In this document: positions 45,618 to 55,540 of the stretch, one piece after another
Numbering within the stretch: the stretch's first letter is position 1
How the letters are laid out: each line of letters begins with the position of its first letter
Source of the DNA: a virus
Direction: 5' to 3' (one strand)
DNA: 64,000 nucleotides
Virus record (IMG/VR): IMGVR_UViG_3300011113_000238
Location: 20,111 to 84,110 of that record
Notes under the pieces: model-generated
Told to the model about the DNA's origin: nothing
The model's database searches: none
The model's input: only the letters and a program-made list of their open reading frames with translations
Program-made: the position numbers and the translations under genes

Positions 45618-46271
45618 ATGAAAGAGGTATTAGAAAACTTAATACAAACTTCAAGAACTAAGCACGAAGCATATATAAAATACGCAATTTATCTGGGCTA
45701 CACATTTGATTTTAATACTGGTGAGGTTGTATATCCTTCTGGCAAAAGGAAGAAACCTCAGCTTTACAAAAGTCAGAGATACCCCTCTATAACCTTTAAT
45801 AAAAGGTATGGGAAAGAAAACACCATCGGAAGCAAAGTTATCTCTTTTATGATACATAAGTTTGCTGCGTATATTTTATATGGTACAGATGCTTTAGATG
45901 TTGCAGTTAACGTCAGACACTTGAACGGAAATGTTTTAGATTTATCAAAAGACAATATAGCTCTTGGTACGAGCCAACAAAACCAGTTTGACAAGTCGCA
46001 AGAAGTTAGATCAAATGCCGCAATAAAGGCAAGGGCATCCCAAGGTACTCGCCCTGTTACATCTGTAATTAAAGATGAGCAAGTACTTTTTATTCTTGCT
46101 GAATATTTCAAGAAGAAAGGTTCTAATGCGAGAGCGCCAATTGGGACAGTCAAAGAACTATCAGTAAAATATGGAGTAAGTCGCGGAAGTATCCAAGCAA
46201 TCTGTATTGGAAGAAGTTTTAAAGATATTTATCAACAATTTATAAACAAGAAGGATTTACATAATGACTGA
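45618..46271 (+). CDS. HNH homing endonuclease-like protein
   Basis: IHKFAA...VRHLNGNVLD...NIALGTSQQN plus C-terminal HTH; AT-rich; directly upstream of thyX. Confidence 0.75.
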   Translation: MKEVLENLIQTSRTKHEAYIKYAIYLGYTFDFNTGEVVYPSGKRKKPQLYKSQRYPSITFNKRYGKENTIGSKVISFMIHKFAAYILYGTDALDVAVNVRHLNGNVLDLSKDNIALGTSQQNQFDKSQEVRSNAAIKARASQGTRPVTSVIKDEQVLFILAEYFKKKGSNARAPIGTVKELSVKYGVSRGSIQAICIGRSFKDIYQQFINKKDLHND

Positions 46272-46929
46272 CTACACAAAAGCTAAACTGATCGGTTGCA
46301 CACAACCTGTTGGAGACATCAGTTCGACCTTGAGCGATGTTAAAGAATTGATTGCTTTTGCAGCACGAGTTTCTAATCCAAGCAATCAGAATAATACGGC
46401 TACAACCGATAAGCTGCTGCAGTATCTGCTAAAGCATAAACATTTTTCACCCTTTGAAATGTGTTCAGCAACTATCGAAATTGAAACTACTCGTGATATT
46501 GCACGACAGTTATTGCGTCATCGCAGCTTCAGTTTCCAAGAGTTTAGCCAGCGATATGCTGACCCTACGAGTGACCTAGCATTCGTTATTCGCGAAGCTA
46601 GAATGCAAGATACTAAGAATCGCCAGAATAGTTTAACTACAGATGACCAAGAGTTGAAGGAATGGTGGGAATCTAATCAACAACAGCATATCCAAAATAC
46701 TCAATGGTTGTATTCAGAAGCTGTGCGTCGTGGTATAGCAAAGGAACAAGCTCGGTGCATTCTTCCTGAAGGTAACACAATGTCCCGACTGTACGTAAAC
46801 GGTACAATCCGTTCTTACATTCATTATCTTGAGGTACGAATGGACGTTAGTACTCAACTTGAGCACCGTGTGCTTGCTTTAGAAGTAGCTCGTGCAATTA
46901 ACGCAGTCTTTAATACAGGATACGTATAA
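46264..46929 (+). CDS. thyX: flavin-dependent thymidylate synthase
   Basis: HFSPFE, RQLLRHRSFSFQEFSQRY, TQLEHR. Confidence 0.95.
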   Translation: MTDYTKAKLIGCTQPVGDISSTLSDVKELIAFAARVSNPSNQNNTATTDKLLQYLLKHKHFSPFEMCSATIEIETTRDIARQLLRHRSFSFQEFSQRYADPTSDLAFVIREARMQDTKNRQNSLTTDDQELKEWWESNQQQHIQNTQWLYSEAVRRGIAKEQARCILPEGNTMSRLYVNGTIRSYIHYLEVRMDVSTQLEHRVLALEVARAINAVFNTGYV

Positions 46930-47246
46930 TGTCCAACAAAGCAAAACCGCAGGTAGTCCTGAACAGTGAACTGATCCGTAAAATCAGCAGTATTACTGAC
47001 TATCATATCTACGAAGTAGAGGACGTATTGAACGGCTTCACACGAGCCGTATCAGCGTATCTTGAGGAAGGTAAGGAGATTCGGATGGAGCATCTGTTCG
47101 GTATCTCTCCTAAGTTGCTAGCGCCTCGTGAGTACGTGCATCCAAGTACGAAGGAACTGACGAAAACTGAAGGTAGTGCTGGTCTGAGCATTCGACCGAG
47201 TGCTAGCCTGAAAGCAAAACTGCAGGGTCTGTTAGGAAAAACTTAA
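46929..47246 (+). CDS. HU/IHF-like DNA-binding protein
   Basis: NSELIRKIS...LEEGKEIR...FG...PR...HP...RPSASLK. Confidence 0.7.
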   Translation: MSNKAKPQVVLNSELIRKISSITDYHIYEVEDVLNGFTRAVSAYLEEGKEIRMEHLFGISPKLLAPREYVHPSTKELTKTEGSAGLSIRPSASLKAKLQGLLGKT

Positions 47247-47319
47247 AATAATTAGCCTTGAGTGCAGCGTGGATTGATTTCTATGCTACACTCAAGGCTT
47301 CTTTCATTTGGAGGTAAAT

Positions 47320-47799
47320 ATGAGTAATGAACTGATGGTACTGATTGATGATTATGCAGAATGGAGCGCTCAAAGCTATTGGGAAGATGACCAAGGAGGC
47401 TTTAGAGACGCTGAGATTGCTCGTGCAAATAAGGAAGAAGCGCGTAAAGCTGTGGTGGATGCGGTTGCTGAATTGCAAGCAGAAAACGAGCGCAACGAGA
47501 AGTCAGCAAAGCACTTCCATGATCTATTTCACAGTACTGCCGATGAAAACACTATCATGCAAGCCGAGAATGAGCGGCTGAAGCGTGAACTGGAAATCAG
47601 CAAGATGGATGTTAAGGAATGGCACTCACAAGCTGACACCCTCGCAGCACCCAAGGTACTGGTACCGCTGACACAAGTGCAGGTTGTTGAAGGTTTCTGT
47701 AATACACCTCACCAAGTGCAATACATCGCCGTGTTTGACGCTGGGGTGCGCTTTGCGGAAGCAACTCACGGAATCCACGCAAAGGGAGGCCAGCAATGA
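47320..47799 (+). CDS. hypothetical coiled-coil protein
   Basis: GGAGG RBS. Confidence 0.7.
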   Translation: MSNELMVLIDDYAEWSAQSYWEDDQGGFRDAEIARANKEEARKAVVDAVAELQAENERNEKSAKHFHDLFHSTADENTIMQAENERLKRELEISKMDVKEWHSQADTLAAPKVLVPLTQVQVVEGFCNTPHQVQYIAVFDAGVRFAEATHGIHAKGGQQ

Positions 47800-48002
47800 A
47801 GATGCCTGATCCTATTGAATTTGTGACATGGGGCCATTCAGCAGAACAAATGAAGCAGTACGGGCGCGACTTGCTGGAGGCTGCTGCGATCACTGCATGG
47901 AATCACTACATGGATGCCTGCAAGAAAGCGGCAATAAATCCATCGACCAAGGAGCAGTTTCTGGCTGCTAGTGCAATCCAAAAACTGAAGGAAAAGTTAT
48001 GA
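47796..48002 (+). CDS. hypothetical protein
   Basis: Coupled, GGAGG RBS. Confidence 0.6.
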   Translation: MKMPDPIEFVTWGHSAEQMKQYGRDLLEAAAITAWNHYMDACKKAAINPSTKEQFLAASAIQKLKEKL

Positions 48003-48271
48003 ACACTAAAACACTATTACCTTGCCCTTTCTGCGGAGCACAACCAAGTGAACCAGTAACTCATGGTGGCGGTGACGAGCGTTGTGGGTATAACTTTACC
48101 GTAAACATTGGGTGCAAGTGCGGAGTCGCCATGTTACAAAACTCCCGCAGCGATAAAAACGGATGGTGTAACGATAAAGGCGAGGCAAAAACTGCTGTGA
48201 TTGACGCATGGAACAACCGCAATGGAGCTGCACTTTCTATTGTACAATCAGTCATCAACAAAGGAGAATAA
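47999..48271 (+). CDS. Lar-like restriction alleviation protein
   Basis: LLPCPFCG...CKCG...AWNNR. Confidence 0.7.
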   Translation: MNTKTLLPCPFCGAQPSEPVTHGGGDERCGYNFTVNIGCKCGVAMLQNSRSDKNGWCNDKGEAKTAVIDAWNNRNGAALSIVQSVINKGE

Positions 48272-48272
48272 C

Positions 48273-48449
48273 ATGCATCTTAACTTGCGAAAAGTTAGCG
48301 ATTTTGCTAACTGCTCAATCGAACACGATAACACAAATATTGACTTGGGTTTCATTGACAATACTGAAGCCAAGCAACTTCTGGAGGAATTCCAAGAGGC
48401 TGTTGCAACTTTGGAATGGTTTGTAGCATGTACTGATAAAGGAGAATAA
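48273..48449 (+). CDS. hypothetical protein
   Basis: AAGGAG RBS. Confidence 0.6.
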   Translation: MHLNLRKVSDFANCSIEHDNTNIDLGFIDNTEAKQLLEEFQEAVATLEWFVACTDKGE

Positions 48450-48450
48450 A

Positions 48451-48810
48451 GTGACTAAATATGCATACAGTTTAGACGAAGAACGCTACTACGGTTCGTT
48501 TGACTCAATTGAATCAGCATTGCTTGACGCTAGAGAAGATGCGGAAGAGGGCGCTTGTGTTGTTTGGGTCGGTGAGATTGTAGCAGCATCTGAGTTGCTT
48601 AAAAAGCGCGCACCTTGGCGAGTTGCTGATTCAATAATCGAAGAGGCTGATGAATTTCTTGTTGAAGAAATCGGATGGGACGATCAAGTAATTGAACTAA
48701 CTGGAAAGCAACTTAATGAACTTGGAGAACTGATTACTAATTGGTTGTGCGATAATGCTAGCTTCAATGCACATGCTATAATCAACGCCAAAGAATATCC
48801 AGTCGAATAA
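48451..48810 (+). CDS. hypothetical acidic protein
   Basis: AAGGAG RBS. Confidence 0.7.
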   Translation: MTKYAYSLDEERYYGSFDSIESALLDAREDAEEGACVVWVGEIVAASELLKKRAPWRVADSIIEEADEFLVEEIGWDDQVIELTGKQLNELGELITNWLCDNASFNAHAIINAKEYPVE

Positions 48811-48821
48811 AGGAGAATGAA

Positions 48822-49340
48822 ATGCCGATAACTCACGAACCATCTTCGGATAAACCTTGGTTACCTTCTGGTAAAATCCAAATGAGTATGCTGGATTTAC
48901 CCACCGTAACTCTTCACGCTAATCTGCACCCTTGCATTCGAGGGTTAGCACTGCATCTTATGACGAATGCAAGCCCTTATTGCAATATCGGTTTCTTCTT
49001 CAAAAGCCTTGGAGATGCTGAGGTTGATTATCTGTTGGATCGCTACAACACTCATGAAGAAGAACACCCCGAGTTTGAACCAGAGCATAATTTTCAAGCT
49101 ACAAAAGAGCTAACATTGCTTGTGTATCTGCTTGGTCGTGCTGAAGGTGAAACCGATCTTACGCCGGAGTTCATCCGAGAGGCGCTACCTATGCTTGGTA
49201 CGCTACTAAAAGTAGAGCATTACGCAAGAAAGCACGGAAGTCAAGTCAATCGAATGAACTACAGCTTGACGACTTGTGATAGAATTATCGTTAATTCAGC
49301 AACTGCTGCAGAAATGCAGGAGTACTTCAAGAACTTTTGA
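48822..49340 (+). CDS. hypothetical protein
   Basis: AAGGAG RBS. Confidence 0.7.
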   Translation: MPITHEPSSDKPWLPSGKIQMSMLDLPTVTLHANLHPCIRGLALHLMTNASPYCNIGFFFKSLGDAEVDYLLDRYNTHEEEHPEFEPEHNFQATKELTLLVYLLGRAEGETDLTPEFIREALPMLGTLLKVEHYARKHGSQVNRMNYSLTTCDRIIVNSATAAEMQEYFKNF

Positions 49341-49350
49341 TAGGAGTTAT

Positions 49351-49515
49351 ATGTCAGATATTGAAACTTCAGTACTTACTGAGCGCGAAAACTGCGCACG
49401 AATCTGCGAAACACTTGAATGGACACTTGAGGTCAGCGAGTGGATCAACCTCAGTAAGAAACAAATCTCAGAGCGCATTGCAACTGATCTTGCTAATGCT
49501 ATTCGTAACCAATGA
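49351..49515 (+). CDS. hypothetical protein
   Basis: AGGAG RBS; ERENCARICE. Confidence 0.6.
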   Translation: MSDIETSVLTERENCARICETLEWTLEVSEWINLSKKQISERIATDLANAIRNQ

Positions 49516-49523
49516 GGAGTTAT

Positions 49524-49817
49524 ATGGAAACCGAAAACACTGCACAAAAGAAGCCTCACGGAGCTAAGGTTGAAATAGACTGGAAAGCTATAGCAGAGAT
49601 GCAAGCTAAGCTAGTGAAAGAGAAGTTCGGATATGATTTCAGTAATGCTATTCTCAATATTTCAGATGGAACAGTATGTCGAGAATCATACATCTGGTGG
49701 AAGTGCGAAGATGGCCTCGAATCAGTAAATGCTGGTGAGCATTGGAGTAACATCCGTGAGTTCCCTGAGTTGTACTCCTTCCGTAAACCTCGCTACACCG
49801 TAACTTACTTGGACTAA
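49524..49817 (+). CDS. hypothetical protein
   Basis: AGGAG RBS. Confidence 0.6.
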   Translation: METENTAQKKPHGAKVEIDWKAIAEMQAKLVKEKFGYDFSNAILNISDGTVCRESYIWWKCEDGLESVNAGEHWSNIREFPELYSFRKPRYTVTYLD

Positions 49818-50013
49818 GCCTTGAAAAAACGAACTAAACAAACCAAGCATAAAGAAACTTCAAATAACCTCGCAGCGTGGAGCGATAGTGATATACAATC
49901 AGTTCACGCAGAGGATGAATACGAAGCTGTAGCTGAAGTACTTGAACAACGAGGGTACGGATATAACTGCAGCAGTCCTTATCAAGCTAATCAAGATACA
50001 ACATGGAGTTCAT

Positions 50014-50235
50014 ATGAGTAATAAAACAGACAAAACAGGTGGTTATGCATTCCCTAAAGCTCACAATAATTATTATGCGCAGGATTTGGGTATGACCATG
50101 AGACAGTATTTCGTAGGACAACTCATCAAAGGTGCTTGTAACGGCAACGGAGGTTTGCCTGATGCATCATATATGAAATTGATTGCAGAACGAGCATATG
50201 AAATGGCTGATATTATGTTGAAGGTAGGTGAATAA
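50014..50235 (+). CDS. hypothetical protein
   Basis: TGGYAFP...GMTMRQYF...AYEMADIML phage motif. Confidence 0.7.
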   Translation: MSNKTDKTGGYAFPKAHNNYYAQDLGMTMRQYFVGQLIKGACNGNGGLPDASYMKLIAERAYEMADIMLKVGE

Positions 50236-50539
50236 TGAATAATTTCCGCATCTTTCGTGATATTGCTTCACCATCTTTATTTGCTGTGAATCGCGTGGAC
50301 TCCGAAGGTAACCGAGTGCAACTCATGAAGGATAAACTCAGCTTTGAGGACGCGCAGGATTTGCTTGATGCACTCGATGATGCATCTGACAAAGAAATCC
50401 TGAGTTAGTTCGTAAAAGTTCAAATTTTGTGATAGACTACAAGTCAGCGTCACAGAAAGCCAGCCCAATCAGGATGGTGCTTTACAATGATGACTCTTTA
50501 TTCTTCTCACCGTCAACACAACCAACCGGAGTAAGTAAC

Positions 50540-51103
50540 ATGCACTACACAACCCTCAAACAACTGCGCGATGCTGACGCATGCGTCGAAGGCTATAACA
50601 AGCTGGTACGATACCTTGAAGGTGAGCCGTTTACACAAGCAGACGAGAAACGAAACACCCATATCCGCTTTGCGCACACCGACCCCATCAGCCTCAAGAC
50701 AATCCTTGATTCAAACGGGCTTGATGATGCTCTCTGGTCATTGCGAGTATGTGAGCAAACGCCACAGATGATTAAAAGTTCTCGGTTGTTTGCAGTTTGG
50801 TGCGTTAAGCAGGTTCAGCATTTGATGACGGATAAACGATCAATGAAAGCTCTTGAAGTCGCAGAGCGTCACGTGCATGGGCTTGCTACAGATGAAGAGT
50901 TGACCACTGCTCGGGCTGCTGCTCGGGTCGCTGCTGGGGTCGCTACTGGGGCCGCTACTTGGGCTGCTGCTTGGGCTGCTGCTTGGGCTGCTGCTCGGGC
51001 TGCTGCTCGGGCTGCTGCTCGGGCCGCTGATCGGGCTGCTGCTGGGGCCGCTGATCGGGCTGCCCAAAAAGCCAAATTCATTGAAATGTTTTGCGGAGAA
51101 TAA
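50540..51103 (+). CDS. phage protein with Ala-rich 12-bp repeat
   Basis: TTLKQLR...ILDSNGLDDALW...; GCTCGGGCTGCT-type repeats at about 50909-51064. Confidence 0.75.
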   Translation: MHYTTLKQLRDADACVEGYNKLVRYLEGEPFTQADEKRNTHIRFAHTDPISLKTILDSNGLDDALWSLRVCEQTPQMIKSSRLFAVWCVKQVQHLMTDKRSMKALEVAERHVHGLATDEELTTARAAARVAAGVATGAATWAAAWAAAWAAARAAARAAARAADRAAAGAADRAAQKAKFIEMFCGE

Positions 51104-51105
51104 AT

Positions 51106-51471
51106 ATGAAACTCACCAATGAAACTAAAGCTGATGTTTTCTTTAAAGCTGCAATGGAAGAACTTGATTTGAATTACAGTGAATACGGGAATAACGACTA
51201 CAAAGTGCAACAAACACGCCCTGTTACAACATCCAACCACGGTAGCAGCCCATACATTTGTGATTGCCTTTGGAATGTAACAAGTGAAGAGTTTCCGTAT
51301 GAATACGCGGATGATATTGAAGTTCAACTGAGAAATGAAATGAACGCTTTTGGTATGCCTGAAAAAGAGTTTCATGTGTGGGATCATATCCCTGCGGAAC
51401 AACGCCAAGAAGCACGGTGGTTTTTTCTGATGCTTATGGTGGAATATTTGGATGATGCTGATAATATCTGA
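51106..51471 (+). CDS. hypothetical protein
   Basis: GGAG RBS. Confidence 0.65.
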   Translation: MKLTNETKADVFFKAAMEELDLNYSEYGNNDYKVQQTRPVTTSNHGSSPYICDCLWNVTSEEFPYEYADDIEVQLRNEMNAFGMPEKEFHVWDHIPAEQRQEARWFFLMLMVEYLDDADNI

Positions 51472-51687
51472 TACAATGCGAGCAATAATTAACTGACCCA
51501 ACCAACAAAGAAAGCGACAAATGAAGAACTATCTGAATGACTTCTCCGAACCTACCTTTATCAGCACCAAGCAGATCAAGTTCCAAAAAGGGAGCAATGC
51601 TGCAAGCGCAGAGCACGGTAAACCCAAGGGTAAGGAAAAGAAGAAAGATTATAGTCAAGAACGCAAGCAAAAGCGCGGGGAGTAAAT

Positions 51688-52068
51688 ATGACACTCACTG
51701 AAAAACTCAAGCTAAAAACTACTATCCAACTTTTTGGTGGCACCGCTGTTAATCTTGGTTATAAGTTCGCCAAGAGCGGAAAACATGAAATGTCGCCGAA
51801 TATGCTTCTGGAATTGGAAGACGCGATGGTACCTTTAGTTTTGCACTATAATGAACTGCTGCAGTCACGCGACGACTACCAGAAAGCTGCTGATTCTCTG
51901 GCTGCTGAGAATAAAATGCTGCGAGAATCAAAAAGTAAACCCGCGATCAAAATTGCAGAAGTTATTGATGGTTTCTGCAAGCAACCTCATAATACTCAGT
52001 ACGTCAAAGTATTTGAATCAGGTGTTCGCTTTGCGGAGAAATATCACGGAACAGGAGGTAATGAATGA
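51688..52068 (+). CDS. hypothetical protein
   Basis: C-terminus similar to that of 47320-47799. Confidence 0.65.
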   Translation: MTLTEKLKLKTTIQLFGGTAVNLGYKFAKSGKHEMSPNMLLELEDAMVPLVLHYNELLQSRDDYQKAADSLAAENKMLRESKSKPAIKIAEVIDGFCKQPHNTQYVKVFESGVRFAEKYHGTGGNE

Positions 52069-52247
52069 CACTAAGTTTGAACAAAAATGCAGGCAAAGGA
52101 GATCGTCGCAGAGCTACGCAAAACGACGAGGCTTACCGCAGTAATTACGATAGCATCTTCGGTAAGAAAATCAAGGGTGAACATCATGTAGTTACGGAGG
52201 GTGAGACTACGCCCGATGCAACTGATAAAGAGCAAGATAAAACATAA
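52065..52247 (+). CDS. hypothetical protein
   Basis: AGKGDRRR...YRSNYDSIFGK phage motif. Confidence 0.6.
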   Translation: MTLSLNKNAGKGDRRRATQNDEAYRSNYDSIFGKKIKGEHHVVTEGETTPDATDKEQDKT

Positions 52248-52319
52248 ATATTTAGCCTAGAGTGGTTGCGGATGAATGTCTGTGATACACTCTAGGCTTC
52301 TTTCATTTGGAGATAACTC

Positions 52320-52577
52320 ATGCAACAAGAAATTCAAAGTCTTTACGAAATTACAGGCGACATTAATGACTTTAATACACTGTTAGTTCCTCGTAGTATT
52401 TTTGACAAAACCTCTAAAGACGCACACCGATATAATGTTTTGCGCAACCCAAAGTATCAACTTCACGAAGATGACCCCTCTGTGGCCGACTCGTACTTTA
52501 CAGTGTATTTTGACGAAGAACTTGACAACCAAGTTGATGCTCTTGATACTCGCTACAGCTCAATTAAAAACGCATAA
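52320..52577 (+). CDS. hypothetical protein
   Basis: GGAG RBS; KDAHRYNVLR. Confidence 0.65.
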   Translation: MQQEIQSLYEITGDINDFNTLLVPRSIFDKTSKDAHRYNVLRNPKYQLHEDDPSVADSYFTVYFDEELDNQVDALDTRYSSIKNA

Positions 52578-52590
52578 CTAAGGAGCAACT

Positions 52591-52941
52591 ATGAAAACCA
52601 AAGATACAACTTTGTCTGATCTGTTTATGCAAACAGCATTGTCTCTCCACCGTAGCAGCGCGGAATCAATGGAGTGCGTGTGTCGGTTCTTGCGGAATAA
52701 TCCACAGGCTTATCGAGGTTTTGTTGAAGCTTTTAAACCTGATAAGATGTCTGTCGTTGATCGCTGGTTTGATAAATACAGAGGAGACAGCTGTAAAGTT
52801 CCCAAGAAAGAACTACAAGCTATTAAAGCGCACCGGATTACAGCTGTGCTTTTTATGCACGAACTTGCGAAAGATTTTGAGCATCAAGCTATGTTGCAAG
52901 AAAACTACGAAAAATTTAAAGAGAATTTGGGAAAGTCCTGA
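52591..52941 (+). CDS. hypothetical protein
   Basis: AAGGAG RBS. Confidence 0.65.
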   Translation: MKTKDTTLSDLFMQTALSLHRSSAESMECVCRFLRNNPQAYRGFVEAFKPDKMSVVDRWFDKYRGDSCKVPKKELQAIKAHRITAVLFMHELAKDFEHQAMLQENYEKFKENLGKS

Positions 52942-52987
52942 AATTTAGGTTAGAATTTAGTCATCGCAATAAAGATAAGGAATCAAA

Positions 52988-53371
52988 ATGAACATCAGTA
53001 ACCTCTCCAATGAAACATTGACTCGTTTGGCGGCACTTGCACTTGAAAGTAATCCTGTAGCTGTTGCGAGTATTCTTCTGGATGCAATCAACGAACCTAA
53101 ATGCGAACAGGGTTTTACATTCGATCAAGTTACAGAACGCGCTGCTATCTTGTTTAAAATTTGTCAGCAGATGAGGGTTGGTGAACGAGTTTCAGCAATT
53201 AAAACGCTCCGACAGGTTAGTGGGTTGAGTCTTAGAGAATCTAAAGATGCAGTCTGCATGGCTGTTGGCGTGGATACATTCGATGCAGAAAACATCACAC
53301 CTGCGAATAAATACTGGTATCATGCGATTGAGACGTATAATCGCAGCCTTGAAACAATCATGAGCATTTAA
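52988..53371 (+). CDS. protein with ribosomal L7/L12 C-terminal-like motif
   Basis: RVSAIKTLRQVSGLSLRESKDAV. Confidence 0.55.
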   Translation: MNISNLSNETLTRLAALALESNPVAVASILLDAINEPKCEQGFTFDQVTERAAILFKICQQMRVGERVSAIKTLRQVSGLSLRESKDAVCMAVGVDTFDAENITPANKYWYHAIETYNRSLETIMSI

Positions 53372-53385
53372 CGAAAGAAACCAAA

Positions 53386-53619
53386 ATGAAAATGCAAGTA
53401 ACAACCCCCGCACCAACCTTCAAACCAGTAACCGTAGAACTCACGTTTGAATCCTTGGAAGAACTACTGGCAATGCGCACAGCATTGCATAATAGTACTA
53501 CTCTCGGTATTCTTGAAGAATTAGATAATCAATCAATTAAGTACAACGAGAATTCCATGCGAAGGACAATTACAGATCATTACAATTTCTTCAACGAACT
53601 ATATCAACTGCATAAATAA
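53386..53619 (+). CDS. hypothetical protein
   Basis: FKPVTVELTFESLEE. Confidence 0.6.
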   Translation: MKMQVTTPAPTFKPVTVELTFESLEELLAMRTALHNSTTLGILEELDNQSIKYNENSMRRTITDHYNFFNELYQLHK

Positions 53620-53631
53620 CCAAGTCACCTC

Positions 53632-54123
53632 ATGTTCAAAGTACTATTAGCTCTCGTTCTACTCGCTGCACCGCTAGGTCAGCACCAAGGTAAACCCGAA
53701 AGTGCCCCTTCAGTTACAGCAGAGCAGTGCAACGCCGCTAACATCTTCTTTGAAGCACGAGGTGAATCCTTGCATGCTATGCAGGCTGTAGCAGAAGTTG
53801 TAAATAACCGCACTAAAGCTAAGGGTTATCCTGCAAGTGCTTGCTCCGTTATCTTCCAGAGGAAGCAATTCAGCTGGACGCATCAGAGGGACTTCTGGGT
53901 TATACAGAAGGTTCTACAAGGGGATTTGAGCGGTTTTAATCTGCAGGATAGGCAAGCATACCAGATGGCTATTACAGCCGCTTCTAGGGTTGCTACAGGG
54001 GTTGAGAGGGTGCTTCCTGAAGGTACTTTGTGGTATCATACGAAGGAAGTCAACCCACGCTGGACTAAGGGTTTACGCAAGGTAAAAATAATTCAAAGTC
54101 ATGTGTTTTACGTAAAAAAATAA
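53632..54123 (+). CDS. SleB-like cell wall hydrolase (Hydrolase_2)
   Basis: Signal peptide; NIFFEARGE...AVAEVVNNR...VIFQRKQFSW...HVFY. Confidence 0.85.
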   Translation: MFKVLLALVLLAAPLGQHQGKPESAPSVTAEQCNAANIFFEARGESLHAMQAVAEVVNNRTKAKGYPASACSVIFQRKQFSWTHQRDFWVIQKVLQGDLSGFNLQDRQAYQMAITAASRVATGVERVLPEGTLWYHTKEVNPRWTKGLRKVKIIQSHVFYVKK

Positions 54124-54193
54124 GAGACACGCTGGGAATTTGTCAAAACTGGTGTAGAATTGATTCATCGAAACAAACAAAAGAGGTAACAAT

Positions 54194-55159
54194 ATGCAAA
54201 TAGCAGTAACATCAGCAGTAAATACTAAGTACGAATTCGTTAAGGGTGATGTACTTAAGTTTGATGGGTTTGAACTTAAACGCATACGCTCTTTGTGTGA
54301 CATACCTGACGTCTGCACTAAGGGTGATTTAGGTGGATACATCCAGAGCGAGAAAAATCTCAGTACTTCTGGTAACTCTTGGGTTTATGGTAATGCTCGG
54401 GTTTATGGTAATGCTCGGGTTTATGGTGACGCTCAGGTTTATGGTGACGCTCAGGTTTATGGTGACGCTCAGGTTTCTGGTGACGCTTGGGTTTATGGTG
54501 ACGCTTGGGTTTATGGTGACGCTTGGGTTTATGGTAATGCTCAGGTTTATGGTAATGCTTGGGTTTCTGGTGACGCATGGGTTTCTGGTGACGCTCGGGT
54601 TTATGGTAATGCTCGGGTTTATGGTGACGCTCAGGTTTCTGGTGACGCTCAGGTTTATGGTGACGCTCGGGCTTATGGTAATGCTTGGGTTTCTGGTGAC
54701 GCATGGGTTTCTGGTGACGCTCGGGTTTATGGTGACGCTTGGGTTTCTGGTGACGCATGGGTTTCTGGTGACGCTCAGGTTTATGGTGACGCTCGGGTTT
54801 ATGGTAATGCTCGGGTTTATGGTAATGCTCAGGTTTATGGTGACACTCAAGTTTCTGGTGACGCTCGGGTTTATGGTAATGCTCGGGTTTATGGTAATGC
54901 TTGGGTTTCTGGTGACGCTCGGGTTTCTGAAATCGGTTTTATCTTTTGGGCTTCAAACGTGGGCACTGAGAATGGAACGTTAACGGTGTACCTTACAAAA
55001 GATAAAACATTAGAAGTGACTCGTGGTTGTTTTCTAGGTTCGGTCGAGGAATTCCTAGCAGCATCTAGGAAGAAACATGACGATCGCATTCATAATGAAT
55101 ACTGCCTGCTGATTCAAGTTGCTCGTAGTCGAATCGAACATGCACTTAAAGAAATTTAA
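54194..55159 (+). CDS. hexapeptide-repeat (left-handed beta-helix-like) protein
   Basis: GDLGGYIQSEKNLS, then 31 hexapeptides, then VTRGCFLGSVEEF. Confidence 0.85.
   Translation: MQIAVTSAVNTKYEFVKGDVLKFDGFELKRIRSLCDIPDVCTKGDLGGYIQSEKNLSTSGNSWVYGNARVYGNARVYGDAQVYGDAQVYGDAQVSGDAWVYGDAWVYGDAWVYGNAQVYGNAWVSGDAWVSGDARVYGNARVYGDAQVSGDAQVYGDARAYGNAWVSGDAWVSGDARVYGDAWVSGDAWVSGDAQVYGDARVYGNARVYGNAQVYGDTQVSGDARVYGNARVYGNAWVSGDARVSEIGFIFWASNVGTENGTLTVYLTKDKTLEVTRGCFLGSVEEFLAASRKKHDDRIHNEYCLLIQVARSRIEHALKEI
54371..54928 (+). repeat. 31 x 18-bp tandem repeat
   Basis: Units such as GGTGACGCTCGGGTTTAT and GGTAATGCTTGGGTTTCT. Confidence 0.95.
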
Positions 55160-55540
55160 CAGGTATCTTAATTTTAAGGAGTAACTTATGGATATTATTT
55201 CAATGCAAACAGCAGTTCAAATCTCAGGCGCTATCCTTGGTTGGATTGGTATGGACGTGATCGGAGCAGGTGCGTTTCGGTTGAGAATTCCGTACTCATT
55301 TAACATTGCTATGGCTTTCGTTGGTGCTACAGTAGCTACGTTGGTGTACAATGCAAGCTAAACTAAAGAACGCTGTACAAGCATTGTGCGTTGCTGCTTT
55401 TGTTTTTGCATCTTTCGCGGGTTTCTACCAAGCGGGTAAGATTGACGGCGCTAAAGTTGCTGTAAATAATTGCAAATAATTCATGAACCTGCCTAAACCT
55501 GTGCTAGAATTCACTCATCAACAAAACGAAAGGTAACCAA

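Noticed and set aside
50840-51501. Antisense Pro/Ser- and Ala-rich ORFs
   Set aside because: Shadows of the 12-bp repeat
54329-54983. Alternative-frame and antisense repeat ORFs
   Set aside because: By-products of a stop-free 18-bp repeat
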